NCBI GenBank assembly: GCA_963693365.1
Contig: CAVNZM010000016.1
Span: 4,769,149-4,833,148 of the forward strand
Reading direction: 5' to 3'
DNA length: 64,000 nt
Source of the DNA: Amoebidium appalachense
Lineage: Eukaryota; Protista; Ichthyosporea
Below the pieces are notes generated by a model. It made no database searches and was not told where the DNA came from. It saw only the letters and a list, made by a program, of their open reading frames with translations. The position numbers were made by a program, and so were the translations under genes. Of the stretch, positions 23,079 to 36,923 are shown in pieces; within the stretch, counting starts at the first letter, position 1, and every line of letters starts with the position of its first letter.

Positions 23079-26000
23079 GCTTGAGGTACGGGTCGAATCG
23101 GGTTTTGCGGGAGGTTCCTTTGTCGTTTTTTCCTCCTGTGCTCTCGTTCTTGTCTCTTCCTTCTTCTTAGCCTCTTCCCTCTTTCTTGTCTCTTCCTCTT
23201 TCCTAGCTTCCTCCTGTTTCCTTTCTTCCACCTCCCGTTTCTTCTTTGCCTCTTCTTCCCTCTGCCTGGCTTCGTCTGCCTCCCTCTTTTTCGTTTCCTC
23301 TTCCAACTTTCTCCTTGCCTCCTCTTCTTTTTTCCTCGTTTCCTCTTCCAACTTTTTCCTCTTTTCTTCTTCCGACTTTTTCCGTGCCTCCTCCTGTGCT
23401 CTTTCTTCCTTTTGCCTCCTTTTTGTTTTCTCCTCCTCTTCTTTCTTTCTCGTTTCTTCTTCCAACTTTTCCCTTTCCTCTTCCACCTTTTTCTTTGTTG
23501 CTTCTTCCAACTTTTTCCTTGATTCCTCTTCCCTCTTCTTCTTTTCTTCTTCCAGCCTTTTCCTTTCCTCCTCTTCCTTTTTCCTCGTTTCCTCTTCCAA
23601 CTTTTCCCTTTCCTCTTCCGCCTTTTTCTTTGTTGCTTCTTCCAACTTTTTCCTTGCTACATCTTCCCTTTTCTTCTTTTCTTCTTCCATCTTTTTCCGT
23701 GCCTCCTCTTCCTTTTTCCTCGTTTCTTCCTCCAACTTTTTCCTTGCCTCCTCTTCCCTTTTCCTCGTTTCTTCTTCCACCTTTTTCCTCTTTTCTTCTT
23801 CCAACTTTTTCCTTGCCTCCTCCTTTGCTCGTTTTTCTTTTTCCCTCCTTTCTTCCTCCATTTTTCTTTCTTTCTCCTTCGTTTTCCGCTCTTCTTCCTC
23901 CATTTTCCTGATCTCTTCCCCCTTCTTCCTTGATTCTTCTGCCATCGTCCTTGTTACCTCCTCCATTTCCCTCCTTAAATTCTCCATTTTCCTCTCTTCC
24001 TCCTCGTCCTTTCTCCTTGCGTCTTCCTTCAATTTTCTCGTTTTCTCCTCCCTTTTCCTCGTTTCTTCTTCCAATCTTTTCCTCGCCTCTTCTTCCCTTC
24101 CCTGTTCCTCCCTCCTCCCACTCTCTCCCTCTTTCTTCTCCTTTACCTTTCCCTCCTCCGTTTTCTTTTTCGTTTCTTCCTCCATCCCCTCCTCTTCATC
24201 ATTTTTCCTCGTTTCAATCCCCACCTCTTTCAATTCATCCTTGCAAACCCCATCCACCGGCACGTCTCCTTTTTCCTTCACCTTTTCCACCCCTTCATCT
24301 TCCACCCCTTCACTCCCATCATAATCCAAAAACACCCCCTCCATACCCCATTCACTCACCCCCTTTTCCTCTCCATCATTCACCACCACCCCCTCCCATC
24401 CTTCGCCCGTCTTTAACACAACACTCGCCACCCGACCCTCTCTCGTTGGGCCCTCCCCAGCGCTACGCACCAAAGACGACCAATCCATTCTTCCGAACTC
24501 CCCCGTCGTACGTGCGTTTAACACATCGGTTAGGGCCCGTATGCGGTTTTCCCCCTCGGCAACCCGCCGTATCGCCGCTTCCTCCCGTGCCCGTTCCTCC
24601 CCGAGCATAACGGCCAACAAGGCCTTAACCATCGTGGCCCGTGGGCCGTCGATGGATTCGGGTCGGGTCGGGTACGTGAAGGCGTCCTGCCAGACCGAAT
24701 CGGAATAGCACACGGTCGGGTGGCCCACAGACATCCAGTCCGCCTGAAGGCAGTCGTCGGTGCAGTAACACTGCTGGCACCGCTCACATCTGACCCGACC
24801 CGGCCCGGTACATCTGGAGCACTTGGGCATTGTTTCCAGTTCCGGTTCGGAAACAGTGACAATGGCCCGTGAAAACGGCCCGGTGGAAGGAATTGGAGGG
24901 AGTGGTGGCAATGATATTTCGACTGGGGGATATTGGGCAGCCGGGCGTAAGGTTGGGTCTTCGTCTCCAAACGGGCCGGCTACAGCCAACCGGGCCAGGC
25001 GCTGCTCACGGGCCATCCTTTCCGATTCGATTCGGGCCGAAACGGACCGTACCGTCTGCGCGTATTCCTGCTCAAACCGCTGCACGTCCCTATCACACAG
25101 TTCCGTATAAAGGTCGACCCGCCGCACAAAAAGCGCGTCGCGAGCCGCCTGGTCCGAAATCGGCGGAGCGGTCAAAATCGAGGCGTTCTGCTGGATCGCC
25201 GTTGTTTGATTGGGCGACACCAGAAGAGAAATCACGTCGACGTCGATCGGTACGCCGGTCCCCGGTGCAACCTGAGAGCTTGCGTTGTTGGTGACACTCG
25301 ACCGTCGTCGGTTTTGCCGGGGGGAGGTTTGGCGCGATGGGGTTTGGGAGAGAGATGTAGCCGCCGTGGAAAGATTTGACGAGCCGGAATATACCTTAGT
25401 TGCGACGTCAATGTAGTACGCCTCGACGAATTTCGCCAATGCTTGAGCCAAATCACCCAGGGCAATCCGCCTGCACATATCCCTGCACACCCGGCTCCTC
25501 CGCGCGATCTCGTTGGTCAGATTTGCGGCCGATCCGCACTCGATTAGACCGATCCCTAGGGCCCAATTCCGGTCTTCGTGGGCGCGGTTTATCACCTGGT
25601 AGCAACACACCCTGTCGTCATTTGACGCGACGGCAGCCAATGAAATCAACTGAGTATGAACAGCGTTGGTAGCCCCCTGTCGCCCTTGCTGGTTCGAAGA
25701 ATCCGAAGTCGTGCGCGAAACCGGCACGTGTGCGCGCGCCGCCGGCGCCGATGGGCGGGAAACCGCGGGAAGGGTGGGGACCGGTGTAGGGGGGGTATTT
25801 TCGACCACTCCTTGGCCACCCATCTGGATTCGGTTAATCAAATCCTGCATGTTGGTCGAAAATTGGCTCCGATCGTCATTCGCCGCAGCCGACTGGCCGA
25901 ACCGACCCAACCCGCTATTCACAAACTGAGGGGCGGCGAGGGCAGGGGCGGGGGTGGGGCCAGGGAGCGTGGTGGTGGTGGGAACCCCAGCCACGCTTAT

Positions 26001-27305
26001 CGGAGGTGATTGGGCCACGCCGACCGAAACGGGGACTGTTCCTGGGAATGGTAAACGTTGATTTGTACTTGGACTCAAAAGGGGGACACCCATCCGCGGG
26101 CTGGCGGATGCGACGGAGAGAGCAGGGGAGAGTTGTGTGGTTCCGGAGATCGGAATGCTCGATTGCGAAAGGCGATGGGTTGGTACAGGTGCGATTACGG
26201 GCGTGGATTGGGCGGCGGGGAGTGTATGAACGGGCGATTGGGTGAGGCAGTGCGCGGGGATAGGAGGCGTCGTGGGGCGGTGTTGCTCGGCGGGCGGGAT
26301 TTCGACGACGGCGTGTTGTTGTTGTTGTTGTTGTTGTATAAGGAACTGCTGTGCTAGTTGTTGTTGTATTTGTTGCTGTTTAAGCAGTTGTTGTTGTTGC
26401 CGTTGGGATTGCAGGTTCTGAAGAAGTTGTTGTTGTTGTTGTTGTTGTTGTTGGTGCAGCGCCACCTGTTGTTGCTGTTGTTGCAAAAGTTGGTGTTGTT
26501 GTTGCTGCTGCTGTTGCAAAAGTTGCTGTTGTTGTTGTTGTTGCTGTTGTAGCAAAGCAGAAGCCGCCTGCGGTCCGAGCAACGCATTCATCTGCTGCTG
26601 AAACGAAACGTTCGCCGTATTCGTCGTACTCACCGTATTCACCGTATTCGCAGTATTCGCGGTAACCTGCAAACTCTGTTGTTGCGTCTGTTGCCCATGA
26701 GTCGTCCCCCCTCTCTTTCGCATCATTTCCTCGTGTTTTTCGTTGATGCTCCTGACCAACTGCGACTCCAGAACAATTTCCGCGCGGTATTTTTCCAAGT
26801 TCATCTGAATGAGCTGCAGTATCGTTGGGGAGGCGGCTTGAGAGAGCAGAATCCGGTGGTCCTTTAAAATCTCGTGCTGCCGCTTTAACACGTCCAAGAG
26901 TTGCTTGTGGTCGTTGAGCATGTGTGCCATCCCGGGTAGTTGAACTCGGTTCAGAACGGTGTTACGAGATCTCTTGATGTGCGCCAGCGCCGCGTCCACC
27001 TGTTCTACCGTGGCGAAGGTGGACGCGTGGTGCTGTTGTTGTTGATGCTGTTGTTGTTGTGTGAGTTGGGTGCGGGCGAGGCTGGAAAGAGGGATGAAAC
27101 CCTCGCTCGGGGTTTGTTGGTGGGATAGGTCGAGAGACGTCGTGGACAGAGAAGTGGTACGGGCGGCGGATTGTTGTTGCATCTGCAGTTGCTGGCGTTG
27201 CTGCTGAAATTGTTGTTGTTGCTGTTGCAATGCTTGTTGTTGTTGTAACGCATGTTGTTGTTGTTGTTGTTGTTGTTGTTGCAACGCTTGTTGCTGTTGC
27301 AACGC

Positions 27306-27340
<35 letters not shown>

Positions 27341-27397
27341 GCATTGGTGGTGTTGATGGTGGTTGTTGTTGTTGTTGTTGTTGTAATTGTTGTTGTA

Positions 27398-27442
<45 letters not shown>

Positions 27443-27932
27443 GCAGCTGAAGTAGAGTTTTCCTCTTCTCAGTCGCCTTTCGGTGTTTCTCTCCCAAGAT
27501 TCTCAACGCGTCCGGTGACGGAACATGGGGGGGGTCTCCACGGTCACAAATGAAATTTCCAAATTTTCCTTGCTCGGGTGGTAGCCGCAGAATTGTCACC
27601 GTATTTTTGTCCAAAACCCCGCTTGCGCGGTCAATTTTTACACCTGAAATGGAAAAAAATTGTAAAAATGGGTAGCCGTAGTGGTAAGAGAGGAAATGCG
27701 CAAAGGCAAGTGGAAGGTGGGCTTGCAAAACCAACGATTTAAAACTTAAACAAGAAGATAAAGAACGAATGATAAGGGGGGAGAGAGGGGTTGTGGGGGG
27801 GGGGGGGGGGGGAGGTACCGTATCAAACAAACAGTTCATAGCTGATGGGGGGAAGCAAGGGGAAAGAAAGAGGGGGACAGGGGGGAGGGAGGGGGGGGGA
27901 GGGGGGGGGAGTGTATGCGTGTTTGTGTAAGT

Positions 27933-27963
<31 letters not shown>

Positions 27964-28936
27964 GGGGGGGGGGTTGGAGGGGGAGGGGAGGGGGGGAAGG
28001 ATTTACCGTTACACAAGTAGAGATCAATTTCGTTGATTCGTTTTGGTTTCCAGCCCGAGGGAGGTGGCTTGCAGTGAATCACAAACTCGACAATCTGGTA
28101 CAAGGCCTTGGCACTGCGAAAAATGGTGAATATTCATGCATGTTAGGGGTCCATTGGTGGATATTCATGCATAATAGGGGTCCATTGGTGAATATTCATG
28201 CATGTTAGGGGTCGATTGGTGAATATTCATGCATGTTAGGGGGCCATTGGTGAATATTCATGCATGTTAGGGGTCAATTGGCGATTATTCATGCATGTTA
28301 GGGGTCCACTGGTCAATATTCATGCATGTTAGGGGTCAATTGGCGATTATTCATGCATGCTAGGGGTCCATTGGTGAATATTCATGCATGTTAGGGGTCC
28401 ATTCAAATGTAATTTAATAGCAGGGACACATATACATTAACACACAACAAACACATAAATACAAGAAAAAGTAGATATATATCCACATGACACAAACACA
28501 AGCTACATGAACAACACAAACACGCGGATGTGTGGCACAAGCAAGAATTAAAATATATCGCGGGCCTCCCTCCTCCTCTCCACCTCCTCCCCCCCCCAAC
28601 ACACACACGCACACACACACACACACACGCACACGCACACACTCGTGTGTGGGCACATGTGCAAACACAGACACACAGAGACAGACAGGGGTTGGAAGGT
28701 AAAGTACAGGTGTTCAACAAAAGCCCAGATGTGCAGGTCAAGTTCAGATATGTCAAGCCCCCCCCCCCCCCCCCCCTCCTCTCCCCTCTCCCCCCCCCCC
28801 CCCCCCCACACACACACGTACACACCTCCACTCGTGCCGCCACAGCACAAGAAAGCATGCACACGCACACGCACACGCACACGCACATGTACATCCACAC
28901 GCACGCACACACGCACACACACAACCCCCTCCCCCC

Positions 28937-29021
<85 letters not shown>

Positions 29022-29045
29022 ACACACACGCACACACACACGCAT

Positions 29046-29103
<58 letters not shown>

Positions 29104-30341
29104 CCTCCCCTCCCCCTTCCCCCCCTCCCCCCTCCCCCCTCCCCCCCCCCCACACACACAATCTCTCTCTCTTCCCCCCAACCCATATACACACCCAAAC
29201 ACGCTCACGCTCATCAAGGAGAGAGGGCGCTGAAATTATGACTCGGGCACCCATTTCAAACAGAAGGGCGGGGAGGACATACGTGCAAGGTAGGGGCACG
29301 GTTGCGGTGATTTTGAACATGGAGAGGGTTTGGTTGATGGACACCAGGAAATGGAACGGCCTCCCTGTACACCACACAAAAAACGTGTCAGAAGCCGGTT
29401 AATATGTCAAAAAACGGAAGAAAGCAATGTTTCGCAGTCAGAAACCGGGTATAGATATGTCGAAACACGGAAAACGGCAACATTCTCAGTCAGAAACCGG
29501 CTACAAGATGGCAACATATGCAGTCATAAACCATCTATCTAGATCTCAAAAGAAGGTATGTGTGTGCGTGCATGCATGCGTGCGTGTGTGTGTGTCTGTG
29601 CCTGCGTGCGCGCGTGCGTGCGTGTATGTATGCGCGTGCGCACGCGCACACGGGTGTGTGCTTGTATGTGTGTGTGTGTGTCTATGTCTGTAGTGCGTGT
29701 GTATGTGCGCATGTGTGTTTGTGTGCCTGTTCTTGGGCCTGTGTACCCTGCATGTACAAACAAAACGGTAGCCTACTCTCAGTGATCAGTGTGGCGGCAA
29801 GCATGTTGGCCAATATTTGTGTATGTGTGCGCATATGTACATGTGTGTGTGTGCGCGCGCATGCACCTGTATGCATGTGAGGATGTATGTGTTTGTGCCT
29901 GTTTTTTTGCGCATGTGTGCTTTTGCACGCACAAACAAGAGCACGGCGAACTTCAGCGATCAGTGGGTGTGCTTGCACAAACAAGAACACGGTGACCTAC
30001 ATTCAGTGATCAGTGAGTGTGCTTGCACAAACAAGAACACGGTGACCTACATTCAGTGATCAGTGAATGTGCTTGCACAAACAAGAACACAAACAAAAAC
30101 ACGGTGAACCACATTGAGAGATCAGTTTTACCGGGACAAACAAGAACACGATGACCTACATTCAGTGATCTGTGTGCCGGCGAACAGGTTTGAAAGCACC
30201 TGTGAGGCCTGGTAGACCCCCCCGTTCCGAGGGATGCTGTTTTTGTCCGCAATGTCGCCGGCACGTACTACCCGTGGCACCTTTTTTTTTTTTTTTTTTT
30301 TTTTTTTGGGGGGGGGGGGGGGGGGGAGGGGGAGAGGGGGT

Positions 30342-30386
<45 letters not shown>

Positions 30387-30593
30387 GAATGTGTTAAGAG
30401 CTACAAAGCACACATGCATATGAAAAACATTGCAGAGTGCAAGCCACACACGTATGCATAAGAACCAGAGCCCATCATCACGGGGGTCCAAGTTCGGGGG
30501 AGAGGGGAAAGGGGGGGGGGGGGGGGGGGGGGGGGGGGGAGAGGGGTTGGTTTGGGTTGGGTTGAAGAAGGGTGTATACGTTATTTATTTTTT

Positions 30594-30646
<53 letters not shown>

Positions 30647-33600
30647 TTCTAGGATACATGTCTGGGCGAACCCTGCACTAAAAATAGACGATCAATCAGA
30701 TCGACTGACTGACATTTTTTGGACACAGATCGAGCAAATTTGAAAAAAATTGGGCCTGGAGACTAAATCTTTGACGCGCTATAGCTCAGCTCAGAAAAAA
30801 GATTTTTTTACCCGGTTCGCGGCTATGGAAAGCAAAGAAAAGGGATTTTTTTTTAGTGTTGGAGCGACACCTGCGCGATTATCTGTTGTTAAGTCAATCG
30901 CGATCGCGCAACCCTGATGTTTTACACATTCGAAACCGGATGGTGGCTGATTGATCATTTGATCAAAAACAGACTAACTTTTCTCTCATAGTAGAGGTAC
31001 CCTTCATTTTTGTGCTATTGCGTTGAACCAGGCATTTTTGGAAAGCTGAGAAAGTTGTTTTTTTTCTGTGTAAAAATATTGCATTAATTTCATGTTTGAT
31101 TACCAGCGCTTCTCGTTTGAATCTTACGCAAGCCCTTTTAAATGGCATTATTCATTCCAACGATTTGTGATTGGCTAATTGAATTGATCGGATTGGATGC
31201 GTACTCCTATCTGTAGGTTTCGCCCAGACATGTATACTAGAATGCTATTTGGGGGTGGGGGGGGGGGGGGGGGGGGGGGAGGTTGAATGGAAACTAGGGC
31301 ACTGGCTTGAAATTGAATGTAAATAACACATCATAATTGGAAAAGTTTCTACAATGCAGAAAGAGCGGAGTGGATGTATCATAGGTTTTGTGAGGGGTGT
31401 GGGGTATGGGAAAAGAAAGAACGAAAACCCAACGGAAAGAAAAGTTAAAGAAAGCGGCAATCCACACATAATATCATAGGCACCCGAGAAATGAGAAGAC
31501 CAACGACACTTGAGCAGAGCATACCAATAGGAGGAGGGGGGGGGGGAGGTCCTATGCCTCCCCAATGTCCGGTTTCTGGAAGAGGGCAAAGCACATAACA
31601 TCATAAGTAGAGCCGAAGGGTTGTGTTTAGGGGGGTGGGGTGGGTGGGTGGGTGGGTGGGGGGGGGGGGGGTGGGGGGGGGGGTGGGGGGGGGGGGGGTA
31701 ACCTTTGTACGGGAAAACATATACGGGAAAACAAGGGATATAGGAGGTGTAAGAACAAAACACGGTACATATGTACCATGCATGACATGACGATTAGCCA
31801 ATCACAAGAACAAAGGAATTACCACTAATGATAACTAACTAGATTGCCATTCCTGAACAATAGCCAAATATCCCTGCCAACCAATCACACGGACAAACCA
31901 CACACACCACGTTAAAAGCAATACCAATACCACCCATGATAAATAACCAATCATATGACACATACCAGCGTGTTCGGTGTCGGTTCTGGTGCCGGTGGTG
32001 CCTGGGGCCTCTGCCCCTCGCTGTCACTCAACACAATACTCGTGGTCATGGACCCCCCCGATCCCACCCTTGCAGCTGGCGAGCTTCCCGATAAAACCCC
32101 CCCGTTCAATCCACCCACACCCTCCCCAGGGCGAACAATTCCATCTGCTCCCCCCATACCCCCTGCCCCCGTACCGACTCTGCTTTGGGAACACAAAGTG
32201 TTTTGGTTCCCCCCTGACCCACCGACTGTGTTCGTTGTTGCAGGCTCAGCCTACGCAAATCGGGCGCAAATTGAAAATTCATGGAGGGGGTTCTGACGTC
32301 TGGTGTGGTGGCGGCGGGGGGGTTCAAAGGGGTCGTTGTAGGCATTGTGGTGGGGGTTGTTTCAGGCAACGGTGTAGACTCGTTGCTTGGGGCTGCGGCT
32401 GGGGTCCCCATAGAGAGCGGGGGGTCACTATTCGATGTTGCATCTGCTTGGGCGGGGGCGGGGGAAGAGAGGGGGGAGGGGAGGTGGAGGGGTTGGATGT
32501 GGATTGGTTAGGGTCTATGTGGGCATTTCATGACGTGGCGTCAATATTACGTTGGCTCGAATATTGGCTTTGCCACCTGAAAACTAGTCAATCCCCTTTT
32601 GTAGAAAGCGCGCGGTTGAAATGCTGACATTGAAGTTAAGGTCTAAAGTCTAAGATTTTATCCTCAGTGACCTCACCTAGGAGTTGAAGTACCTTTGGTG
32701 CATGAGCTATCCATGACGCCCCAAATGCACTATAAAGGAAAACACTTTGCAAGTATAGCATTCCCTATCGTAGAACTAATGGAGTCTTTCCATGCTGCAC
32801 GCACGTTCATAATCAGACGCAGAAACATAGACACCGTGCAGGAACCTCAAGAATCTAACAAAAAAAAGTGCAGTGAATGCAAGCGCGGCCCCCGGGGGAG
32901 GGGGGGGGGGGGGGGGGGGGGAGTGGGGGAAGAAGAGACAAAAACATGACCCCAAAACTCATGGGGGAGGTGGGGGTAGGGGTGGGAGTGGGGACAGGGA
33001 GAGAGAGCCAAGGAATGCAAAAGAGAGGGTGAAAGGGAGTGTTTGGGGGGGGTTGGACGGGGGGAGCGCGGGGGGGAGGGGGGGGCTGCTGCTACCGTTG
33101 AGCTGTTGTGAGGTTGCATTGTCAGTGGATGATGCAGGTGCAACAAGGGGAGGCAGGCCGTCCGCCTATAATGGGCACAAGTTGATTCGGGTCAGGCACA
33201 TGCACAAGTAGAAACATGCGGACATAGGGCAATTACTACTGTACATGGAGAAGGGGAAATAGAAACGATAGGAGGGAAACATGAGTTGGTTCGGGTTAGG
33301 CACATGCATAAACGAAACATGCGGATATAGGGCAATTACTACTATGCATGCAAATAAGGGAAAGAAACGAGAGGGAAGGGCAGCTGTATCAAGAAAAATA
33401 ACTTCGTGAGTACTAAATAAACTACCAAGTTCTAAAGGAAAAATAACTACGTGAGCACTAAAGTAAACTACTAAGTTCTAAAGGAAAAATAACTACGTGA
33501 ATACTGAATAAACTACTAAGCTCTAATGGAAAACAACTACGTGAATATTAAATAAACTGCTAAGCTCTAAAAGAAAAATAACTGCGTGAATACTAAATAA

Positions 33601-34130
33601 ACTACTAAGCTCTAAAAGAGAATCAAGTGCGTGAATACTACATAAACTGTTAAGCTCTAAAAGAAAAATAACTGAGTGAATACTAAATAAACTACTAAGT
33701 TCTAATGGATCAGTGGGTAAGGCGCATGGGGAGGGAGAGAGGGAGAGAGGAGAAGCCGGGCCACTGCGCGGGCCAGGGGACGGATGCCGGAGGGGGGGGG
33801 GGGGGGGGGGGGGCTGGAGTGTGGAAGGAAAAAACGGAAACCCAAGTGTATAGAGGGAAGTTGTAGGAAAGAGTAAGGAAAATAAACGGGAAAAAAGGTG
33901 GGCAAGGGGGGGGGACTGCAACAGACAGCAAGCACGAAGATGCTCACCAAACAACACCGTGCCTTTACCCCCCCCCCCCCCCCCCCCCCCCCCCAAACAC
34001 ACACACACACACACACATACACACTCATCTCTACCCTAACCCTGTTCACGCATCCCCTTCCCTCTTGCTCTCCCCTCCCCCACCTTCCCTCTTGCTCTCC
34101 CCTCCCCCATTTCTTTCTCTTTCTTTCTCT

Positions 34131-34178
<48 letters not shown>

Positions 34179-34297
34179 TTTTTTTCCTCTTCCATATTAA
34201 CACACACACACACAACTTATAAAACGTCGCAAAAAAATGAAACCCCCCGAAATCAAGCCATTTGGGGAGAGGGGGGGGAGGGGTGGGAAGAGGGAGG

Positions 34298-34373
<76 letters not shown>

Positions 34374-34589
34374 GGGGGGGGGGGGGGGGGGGGGGGGGGA
34401 GGGAGAGAGACCATGCGAGCTCTCTCAACTGCCTCTGGGGGGAGCAGTCTCCATTTGTTGTCGTTCGGCTCACCAGTGGTGCAGTAGTGGCACCGGAAAT
34501 CGTCTGGGGGTTCCCCCTCGAGGGGGGGTTTGTTGCACGCCCGGTGGAAAGCTGCAACAAAAAAAGAAACACCGGAGAGGTGTGTGTGT

Positions 34590-34621
<32 letters not shown>

Positions 34622-34723
34622 GGTTTTTTTTTTTTTTTTTTTTTTTTTGGGGGGGGGGGGGGGAGGGGGAGGGGGGGGGGATGGGCAAGGGGGAAGTTTT
34701 GGTTGTGGTGGTGGTGTGTGTGT

Positions 34724-34781
<58 letters not shown>

Positions 34782-35930
34782 GGATGGGGATGGGGGGAAG
34801 GAATAAGAATGTGTTTCGGAGTACAATGTTCATTTTCATGAGGGGCCTTACATCGCAGATTTGCAAAGCACACATGAAAAGTATGCATCATAAGCAGAGT
34901 GATAATTCGCATGCGAGGACATTTCGGTCCTTTTAAATCGCTAATTAGGACTCAAAGTCCTAATTATTTTCGGCGCGCTCCCAGGCCCCTCCCTTGTTGT
35001 AAGCCCCCAACTTTCTATATATGCCCAATGAGCTTAGGTAGTTTATAGCCTTTTTATTAATACGTCAAGATCATTGGAGTAACAGCGCTCATGTTATAAA
35101 CAGTTTTAGGGGGGAGGGTGAGGCCGTTTTTCGTTCATTTTGGCGCGATCGTCCGACTGACTGCAGATGGAACTGAGCGCAACCGTTATGGTGGCAGAAA
35201 AACATGACAAAAACAAATGGAAAAGGGCCAGAAAACGAATATTATTGTATTATTTGTCGTTCTGAAGGGTTTATTAACCTACATGGGTGAGTTTCTATGT
35301 GCTCATGTGCTCTAATGCGGAGCGGTTGCGGTGGCCTGGCTCAGACGGACTGGCAGCCCAGGAAAACGAGGCCCGGACCAAAGGGGCACCCATTACCATG
35401 GGCACCAAGGTGAAACAAAGGGCAAAAATAAGCCCGAAGAAGCCCAAAAACCGCGTTATGGGCATTTTAGGACCACTGAGAACACTTTCCAGCAAGAGCG
35501 AAAACGTTTGACCTCCATCATCTTGCTCATCTGCTCCGGGAAGCTAATTAGGACACTCATGTGGTCTATTTTCACGTGTAGGGTTGCTTTTTCGCCTGAG
35601 AAACACACAAGCGCTTCCAGTTTACTTTGTATCAATATTTGCACAAAAAAACACGTGTTTCCGCAAAAAGGGCAAACTTTGCCGGCACAATGCTCCCCGA
35701 AGATGTCATCGGAGACCTTACAAACCATATATTGCTGTAACGGGTATGAATTCAGCTTCACGTTTCTGCCTTTTTCCCCCGTTAGTTGCTATGGTCATAT
35801 GCCAGATATAGCGCGATATCCGATTTTCAGCTAATAAGGACTCAAAAGCCCTAATTAGTCCATGCGAATTATCAAGAGCCCATCCTCCCAGGCAAGCGAG
35901 AGGGGGGAATGGGTATGTGGGTGGGTGGGT

Positions 35931-35968
<38 letters not shown>

Positions 35969-36543
35969 CTATGCAAGTGGGTGAACAGGGGAGGAGGGGA
36001 AGGCAATATCTTCTAGCTATCTTCTAGAAATATAGCACAGGTTGAGAGAACGGTAGGCTCCGCAGAGCGCAAGTTGAATTCGTGCTCCTTCCCAGAGTAT
36101 TCCATTTGCGACATCTCAGCTTGCCGCAACCCCCCCCCCCCCATACCCTCCCCCCCCCCCCCTTCCTCCCCCCAGCCCACCTCATTCCTTAATACCTTGC
36201 ATTCGCACCTACCGGCATCCTACAGCACCCCCCTCCCCCCCCCCCCCCCCCCCCCTTCCCCACTCCCCTCCCCCGAGGTTTCACTTCGAACCATTTTGCT
36301 TGCAATTCTCAACTTCACTTTCTCACAGCCCAACCAGATCTGATTGAGCAAGCACTGTTCTTTTCTTCAAATCCCTCTGCACCCTCTACAGCTTCTGCTC
36401 GGCCTATATTTCTCTTGTCTCTGTGTGCATGAGTGTGTACCTGCGTACGCATGTGTGTGTGCGCGGGCACATGTGCACGTATGTGAGCATGTGTGTGTGC
36501 GCGCGCGCATGTTCGTGTGTGTGTGTGTGTGCGCGTGTGTGTG

Positions 36544-36603
<60 letters not shown>

Positions 36604-36731
36604 TGTGCGTATGTGTATGTGCGCGTCCTCGTGTGCTCGTGTGTGCGTGTCAGCGTATGTGCATCTGCATATGTGTCTGTCTGTCTCTCTCTCTGTGTGT
36701 GTGTGTCTGTGTGTGTGTGTTTGCACCGGGG

Positions 36732-36763
<32 letters not shown>

Positions 36764-36882
36764 GCTGGATACTTACAGAGAAAGCATTCGTTGCAGAAAG
36801 CATCATCGTCGTTGAATCCCTTCCCACACTCAGCACAGGCAGTGTCGGGAACCTCCCCGTCCACTGCCCAAAAAAAAAAAAA

Positions 36883-36923
<41 letters not shown>

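Noticed and set aside
22162-24324. 720-aa plus-strand Ser/Phe/Leu-rich ORF
   Set aside because: It is the antisense shadow of the E/K-rich exon on the minus strand.
28124-28402. TTAGGGG telomere-like motif
   Set aside because: It occurs once per 31-bp unit inside an intron and is not a telomeric array.
36777-36863. Stand-alone zinc ribbon (CxxCG...FCxxC)
   Set aside because: It splices in phase to 34551-34474 to complete a C4HC3 PHD finger.
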